DNA of 46,253 bases, the filler included, from Catajapyx aquilonaris (taxonomy: Eukaryota), in the NCBI GenBank assembly GCA_000934665.2. It is 2 parts of 2 records of this genome, joined end to end, with 100 filler letters (N's around TTAATTAATTAA, not from the genome) between each part and the next. Parts side by side here need not be neighbours in the genome. Positions count along the whole stretch, not along the records: positions 23,168 to 46,253 come from KZ539410.1; 1 more part is not named here. The stretch is one strand, 5' to 3'. This document shows, piece by piece, positions 39,401 to 46,253 of the stretch. The notes beneath the pieces were generated by a model. That model did not search any database. It saw only the letters and a list, made by a program, of their open reading frames with translations, and was not told the DNA's origin. How positions within the stretch are numbered: the stretch's first letter is position 1; every line of letters begins with the position of its first letter. Made by a program: the position numbers and the translations under genes.

Positions 39401-41025
39401 TCACACTACGCAAAAAAAAGAAGCGCCTTATATTTCATGCATGATTATTGAGTTACGGGAAAACCTTGTGGTGTCATAGAAATTGTTGTCGGGTTATTGA
39501 GGATGGTGTATTGTCCACGTGGCTAGTGATTGATGGGCGCGAACGTGTTGCTTGCGCAGCAAACACGCCAATGAAATGTGGTTTCCGGGATTTATTGCCA
39601 CTAGTATGATGCATGGGCGTTCTTCCGATTGACACGCTAGACTGTATGACATTACACGACATTGTCATGAGCTCGTTACGTAATGTGTCTGAAATAAATT
39701 CAAATTAATTGAGTGGCCCCGAATAAAATTACATTTAGATTTAGATTTTTTCAGTAGCTTTTTATTGTCACGTTTTTCCTTATTTAAAAATCAGAAAATT
39801 CACAGATAGTTCATTTTATCTCATCGTCAAACCAGGCTTTTATTAGTATTGCCAGGTGCAGCGGTGTACTGTATACAGTACACTTGTGATATTTATTCTG
39901 TTTCTCTCTCACCTGAATATTGTCCACTCTGGTTGCCTTGTTACCGACCGCCAAAGGGCGCTGATGACCTCATAATATTAAAATTGGTGTGATGGAAAGG
40001 GGAATATGAACTTGTGCAAATGCATGCAACCCATATTTTTGTCGTCCATCTCCTTTTTATTTATCATATTACATCTCAGAAGCGAGATCATACACACATT
40101 TCATGCCACTTGCAGATAAGGACATGTAGGTATAGAGCGATCAGTTTAATAGTCATTTACAAAATCAATCTGAAAAGAAAGTGAGGAAGGAAAAATGATT
40201 TGTTGGTTTTGAAATGAAGTAACTTTTGAATGGTAGGTGACTTTCTTGAAACGAAATTTTACGTGAGCTACTTCCACTTTTTTATGTAGAAGTGCTGCAT
40301 ATTCTGGTCTTTACATGCAAAGCGACAGATAATATTATTGTCCTTTGTAATCTGCCAAACGCACTGTGAGCTGTGAGCATGTATTATTTTTGTCTGAATC
40401 CATTGTGAAGGGTGTGACCTACTGCACCTGAACATGCTGGTAAATTTTGTTTTCTAGCTGCAGAAATAAAGATTGGGGCTTCGCCTCACCTCATTGTGAC
40501 CGAGCACCGAGATGCCCGAGTAACTTTGAAGTAATTACTGGTTCTAAAGTTTGGCTTGAGAGGAGGAGGAACTACGAGGAACTCGTATTGCTTGACCACA
40601 ATCAATATCACCAAGTAGCCTCCAGAATTTCGGGAGTGGGTTCTCTGTGCCATCATAACTTGGGAAAAGTCATGCCACAGCAGGTTTGGCAGGATATCGC
40701 GCCAGTGAGATTTCTGTTGCATGACAAGTGACAGTCTCATACAAAACCTCTAGGTAAAAAACTTGGGAGTATACAGTCGACATGAAAGTTGGTTGCAAGT
40801 AATTATCATTTTCTATTTAGGCATTTAATCGAAAAATATACCACCTTGTGGAAAGTCTGCACTTTTCCTTTTTCTCAAAAATGGGTGGAGTACCATAATG
40901 AGTGACAAGACAATAAGTGCTTACATTAAAAGAGTGTCTTGTGTGAAAATTAGGGTGGGTTTTGTATTGTACCGTATGAAAAGTTGCGTGGTGAAATCCA
41001 ATTTTTGCATCACTCATAAAGTGAC

Positions 41026-41296
41026 CAGCGCCGTATACAGGATTTTTGTTCGGGGGGGGTTTGGTACCGTCTACCCTGTCGGTCAGGGGCGCCGGAACGG
41101 GGGGGGGGGNNNNNNNNNNNNNNNNNNNNNNNNNNNNNNNNNNNNNNNNNNNNNNNNNNNNNNNNNNNNNNNNNNNNNNNNNNNNNNNNNNNNNNNNNNN
41201 NNNNNNNNNNNNNNNNNNNNNNNNNNNNNNNNNNNNNNNNNNNNNNNNNNNGGGGGGGTTTGAACCCCCCGAACCCCCCCCCTGGATACGGCACTG
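41026..41296. mobile_element. hAT-like MITE ends spanning an N gap
   Basis: CAGCGCCGTATACAGG / CCTGGATACGGCACTG with G- and C-runs; interior unsequenced; no matching TSD. Confidence 0.6.
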
Positions 41297-41563
41297 CAAG
41301 AAATGGTTTTAAAATTCCCCCTTCCATTACTAGGAGGGGGTCAAAGGTGTGTCTTATATCATTGGATGAAAATTAAAATGTGGGCTATTCTACGAACTGG
41401 TGTTATTTAAGGAGACAGAACCACATGTAAAATTTCGTGGTGACAATTTGAGCATTTTTTCATAACTTAATTGCAAAGTTTCGCTCGTGGCTAATTTTTC
41501 AGATGTCAGACTTGAGTGGCTCTTTCTCATGTAGGTAGCATATAGCCTACCGATTTACCGCGT

Positions 41564-41889
41564 GGAGAGGCGTGGTGGCCGAGTTGCTAACGACTCGGTT
41601 TGCTGAGTGAAAGGTCCCGGGTTCGAACCCCGCCCGGGAGTTCCCTTTCGCCTGCGTCAGGAGGGTCTCTGACCCGCGCCTTGGAGGCGTCTCGCAACCT
41701 AACCTCCTGGGGGAACAGCACATGACTCATTTTCCGGCATTGCACTAGCACTGGTGTCTCCTCTCCGAAAAATCCCCACCCCTACCTCATGTCATTTCTT
41801 CCCTGCACAGAGTTGGAAGAAAATACGAAAAATTGAATGGAAAATTAGAGGGCTTCTTGCTCGTCTATCACGGTGTAATAAAAAAAAAA
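41564..41889 (+). mobile_element. tRNA-derived SINE (family C)
   Basis: GTGGCCGAGTTG A-box, GGTTCGAACCC B-box, same body as 31264-31624, ends TATCACGGTGTAATAAAAAAAAAA. Confidence 0.85.
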
Positions 41890-42361
41890 CTATTTCCGAA
41901 AGTCGTGGAAATCTTCCATCATTCACCAGTACATTTTATGTCTAGTTTCAATGCAGTAATATTTATGTAATTATTCAGCATAAGTTATGCAAATATTGTG
42001 AAACTTCAGCACCTCTTCAGAGGCCTACGTATATTATGTCAAAATTCTGAGGTTGGAACTACTACCCTTGACTCGCTTGACTCACTTGATATGGAATGGC
42101 CCCTTTTATGACGCATTTCACTTTCAAACAATTGATAGCCTAAGTGTGTTTACGAAATCGTATCGTTGTCGTTGACATTATAACTAAAGAGGGTTAACCC
42201 TGTGCCGCGCATTGTGACTTGAGGGCAACAATTAATTTGCGCAGGCGCCATCAGCTTCAACGTTGGTCCTGGAAACCACAGTGTGGCTTGGTGTCACAGT
42301 TCGTTTGTTAGCTTCCGCTAGATGACAAGCAATGTCGACAAATGACACAGGCAGCTGGATA

Positions 42362-42671
42362 GGGGTCGTGCAAATACCACGTGACCGATTTTAAGCCACT
42401 TTTTGCCCCCCCCCCNTTTTTAAAAGGTCAATGTTATCAGAAAAAACGCGTTCCAAAATGATAGCTCCTCAACTAAACTGTTTAAGCACGTAAAAAACAT
42501 GTCTCCCCATGTTTTCGGGGTCGCTGATTTCGAATTTTACGTTATTTTGAACCCATGTGCATCTGTAAAAGCTCCCATATGTGCCCATTCACCGTGTTCA
42601 GAGATACTACATGAACTGTCGCCGACCCCCCCCCTCCCCCCAAAACGGTCACGTGGTATTTGCACGACCCC
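42362..42671. mobile_element. MITE (~310 bp)
   Basis: Perfect TIRs GGGGTCGTGCAAATACCACGTGACCG / CGGTCACGTGGTATTTGCACGACCCC; ATA on both sides. Confidence 0.85.
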
Positions 42672-42927
42672 ATACGGTATGAAGCGGAGAGAAGCCAAGG
42701 TAATTGAAAATGGTGCGAAATTTGAATTTGCTGAAGCAGCAATTGTTTCTGGAGCTGATTAGATATAGGTGCAGATATTAAATATCCAATTACATGTGCA
42801 AAACTGCAAGAGCAGCTCTCTCGTCGCCATTTGAGGCCATTCTAATTTTGCCAGCACAATTTCATCACAATTTTTTGGCGGCGCAGGCACAATATTGTTT
42901 GAGGTTTGAGTCCTAAGTCATTGTGCG

Positions 42928-43308
42928 TATTTTTATTTAAAAACGGTAACATGTACAGAATTGACCATTATTACTACGTTTATAAGCGCGGAGCCTTGAG
43001 TCATCTAAACACAGCTTGGATGACTCAAGGCTCCGTGGTTTTTAAGGTCCGACGATTACAATTTGTACTGGAATAGAGAGACCCCCGATATCTCAAAGGG
43101 AGCCGGTAAACGAAGGGGGGTCGTGACCCCTCACCCCACCCCGAGCTGCATGCGACGGTGAAATGGTGGGGGTTATAATCGCCTTTAGTTTTCTGACCCC
43201 CCTTGCAATATGTATGCCATCTGTATATCAGTTCAAATTGTAATCGCCGGACCTTCAAAATTTAGCTAAGGTCATCTCTGTATGTGTTACCGTTTTTGAA
43301 TAAAATAA
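42928..43308. repeat. Degenerate foldback element with nested hairpins
   Basis: AAAAACGGTAACAT / GTGTTACCGTTTTT arms; AAGGTCCGACGATTACAATTTG / CAAATTGTAATCGCCGGACCTT; internal hairpin GGAGCCTTGAGTCATC..GATGACTCAAGGCTCC. Confidence 0.6.
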
Positions 43309-43553
43309 TACTCTCCATGACATTTGACTCAGCCCATGTAACTTCAAAGTCATTGGGTCAGAGATGACCAAAACATAATAAAAACCATCCTTACGTCGCC
43401 TATGATGAGAAAAAGACGTTAGAAAATTTTCTTCCCAAAATCCTAAATGTGTGCAGTACCGGTTAATATCTACGATGCCGGTGCTTTATCTACTGTAAAT
43501 TATACTACTATATATACAGTATATACTATATCTCGTATGTAGCAGACGTCTTT

Positions 43554-44841
43554 TCATTTTATGAATCCCAATGTTTTATCACCACTGTCAATATGCGCAT
43601 GCGGGTCACGTCTGAGGCAAGGACGAAGAACAAAGAAATAGAGAAGTTCGACAACGCTTATGAAGCTGATTCCCAGGAAGAGGCTTGCAATTCCTCCACA
43701 GCTTGCTGAAATGAATCAATCAACACATACGATGATTACGATACTATACCGTACTATACAGTACTTTGAAAAGGATACCGTACATCAACATGGTGCGGTA
43801 TAGGTGAATTATTTTTATTTACCTAATAGATCTGGCCACGTGAATGCACGATCTCGTTGGAATCTGATATAACCGTAGTCTTTGAAGAACACGTGGAGAT
43901 GGATCGTATCTAGCCTAAAAATTAACGAAATAGTCACTTTTTAATTTACCACAATGTGTGGCTGTCTTACAGTCTGGATGACGGGCCTTCATCAATCTGA
44001 CTGATGTCAAGGAAGGTCATTCCATCGGCTAATTCTGCGGAGGTCAGCTCTGCGGAATAATCCACCGACGAACAGGAAGGCTGACATTTGCATTTTTCAG
44101 GTGCGTTATTTTCGGCAGATCCAAATTTTTGTATTTCCACTGCAAAGTATTAATTGTTAATGTATTTTTATGGTAACAACATGATTATATAATTTTACGA
44201 TTGTAACCTTTGATAATAAGCAGTAGTACAATACTAGACAAAAATACAAAGTACAAGGCTATTGTTTGCAATAGTGTATTGTACAGGTATTGTCTACGTA
44301 TAACGTAAGATTTATGTGGTGGAGGGGTTCGTAATAACGACCTGTACTGTAAGTATACAGTGCAACACGTCATTCCCGCAAGGAAATACTGATTTGAATG
44401 GTTAAGATTACGCAATAAATATATACGTAAATATAATGTTCACTTCAACTATGGGTAAACTGTGATTATTTTGTGCCAGGATTAATCAAGCATAATTTAC
44501 AAGACAGTCCATATAAATGACTACAAGCATTCATGCATTTAGGTAGGCTGACTGGGATGGTATGTAGCAGGTGGGGAATTGAAATAGTTGGAGGAATGGG
44601 TATTACTGGCAATCGTGGATCATCTCGTGTCAAGTGCTGGCTGTGAATGGGCGATGCGGTACAGAATAGTTGGGTGACGAGAAGGCATGTGTAGCACGTT
44701 TGTGAACCAAACTTAATTTATGCATTATAAGAAATAGTCATAAATCTTAACGTTACCTCCTAGTGTAGTAAGAATACTGACCTGTATTATTAACCCAGCA
44801 TTCTATATTTTCGTAAGTGAATTGCCTTGCCGTATATTTTT
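43554..44841 (-). CDS. DEG/ENaC (pickpocket-like) channel subunit 3, last four exons (5' part outside the window)
   Basis: Exons 44841-44782, 44139-43971, 43914-43823, 43705-43554 with the same phases as exons 7-10 of genes 1 and 2. Motifs CKCQPSC..YSAE, LHVFFKD..RD..FTWPDLL, ASCGGIASLFLGISFISVVE. Confidence 0.85.
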
Positions 44842-44894
44842 CTGCAGAAACGAAGGGTTGACATGAATTTCAGGAACGCACAGTAGTAATAATA

Positions 44895-45382
44895 CAGTAA
44901 AACTTCTATAAGTCGAATCTCCATGGGACCGGGAAAACACTTCGAGTTAAAGAAGTTTGGAATTTTTTAAGCACATAACTCTATACGGAAGCCTGCCTTT
45001 ATATCCAGCGACGAAAGGTGTTCAAAACTTAAAAATAACTGTCACTGTCACTCGTACAATGTTCCTCATTGTTTTGTTGTAAAAAAATCTCAGTTATGGA
45101 CATTTGCCTACTCTTAGATTCAAGGATTCAATTGTCACAATCGAGTCAAGCACTTCTTTCGGTACGTCTGGTAGACGGAGATCAGGAAATTGAGCCTTTC
45201 TGTACACGTGGCCTACTCTCGACCCTTCGGCTGCGAAATGAGCAAATTTTCCGTACTCGCCAACATGAACTTCGACTTAGGGAGACTGAAAATGCATTGA
45301 TATCCCATCGTAAGGCACTGCCTGCACTTCGACTTATAGAGAACTTCGACTTAGGGAAGTTCGACTTATAAAAGTTTTACTA
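44895..45382. mobile_element. Tigger/pogo-like MITE
   Basis: TA|CAGTAAAACTTCTATAAGTCGAA...TTCGACTTATAAAAGTTTTACT, with subterminal ACTTCGACTTA repeats. Confidence 0.85.
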
Positions 45383-46253
45383 AGCATTTAACAGTTGAAT
45401 ACCTGAATGCAGAACGATCACATTTGAAATTTATTTAGGCGCTGTGTAACATAGTCACTTATGCGTGCTTTATGAATAATTTTCTGCTAGAGGCAGTCCC
45501 CTATAGTGCACCAAAAGCAAAAACAATTTCTTACTTTCTGATGCCTTACCAAAACTTCAAACTTTCACCTCATTACCCCGCCACCCAGCCAATCAAAAGG
45601 CTCCATAGTGGATAAAAAGAGGGAAACAGTGTAGTAATAATAATTATGATTGTCCTAATTTCCATGAGATCCTAAAGAAACCTCAATTTCAAGAAAGGGG
45701 CCCTATTCAACAAAGAGCCTAAGTCTGACGGTTTTAATTCGTTTATGACTTTCAGAATGTGCTGAAGGAATATTAACAGTGATAAGGTCTGAAAGTATGA
45801 TTATAGGATATTGACTAGAAAGTTTGAAAATATCCGGATTCTATATGAGGCTGGTTCCATTTCAATCCAGACGGTGGGTGCCCAGTCATGGTCTTCGATT
45901 TTTTTTAAAAAAATATATGTGAAACCCACATCCAATTGAACCCTTATGGAGCAATCAGTTTTACGAGATTAAATTTAGTTATCGATATATTATTATTTCT
46001 TTCAAGGGGTACCAAAATAACCTTCACGGGAAGTGCACTTTTTCCTTTGTTTTCAATGAGTATATCTCGGGAACTGTTCTGAAAACCAACATGAAATTTT
46101 AAACTCATGCTTTTGGAAGAACACGCTGTCATGTAATGCATAAATTTACCTTATTGAATGGTACAGTCACCTGCAAAAAAATCTCCAACATTGCATATTT
46201 TGGTCAAAATTCGCATATTTCGCAATTTATTGCGGCGTTATGGTAAACGTGAC

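Noticed and set aside
40447..40740. Short ORFs between ENaC genes 2 and 3 (and 45069-45371)
   Set aside because: No recognisable motifs or consistent exon chain; the latter lies inside a MITE.

Overview
Eukaryotic, intron-containing invertebrate DNA, probably arthropod (inferred from the pickpocket-type channels and the SINE/MITE content). Genes assembled from splice sites and reading-frame phases: an intronless MpaB/DUF2236-type oxygenase-like pseudogene (5152-6234, -, two in-frame stops), an 8-exon GH47 Golgi alpha-1,2-mannosidase (13565-16055, -), a divergently oriented 7-exon DHDDS-type cis-prenyltransferase (20703-22648, +), and three tandem DEG/ENaC (pickpocket-like) genes on the minus strand (two complete with 10 exons, one running out of the window). 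The rest is rich in transposable elements: a 3.3-kb palindrome made of two hATm-like transposon 3' ends with a nested solo LTR, a 1-kb segmental duplication ending exactly at that transposon terminus, several tRNA-derived SINEs with TSDs, many MITEs and a Helitron end. The most unusual feature is a ~320-bp U2 snRNA-derived, SINE-like element (839-1159, duplicated at 8654-8943). It keeps U2 stem-loop I, an Sm-like site and stem-loops III and IV, lacks the branch-point recognition region, and carries a new 3' stem-loop plus an (AACC)n tail. An artificial N-TTAATTAATTAA-N spacer at 23068-23167 means the two halves of the window may not be contiguous. All family assignments come from motif recognition; no searches were run.
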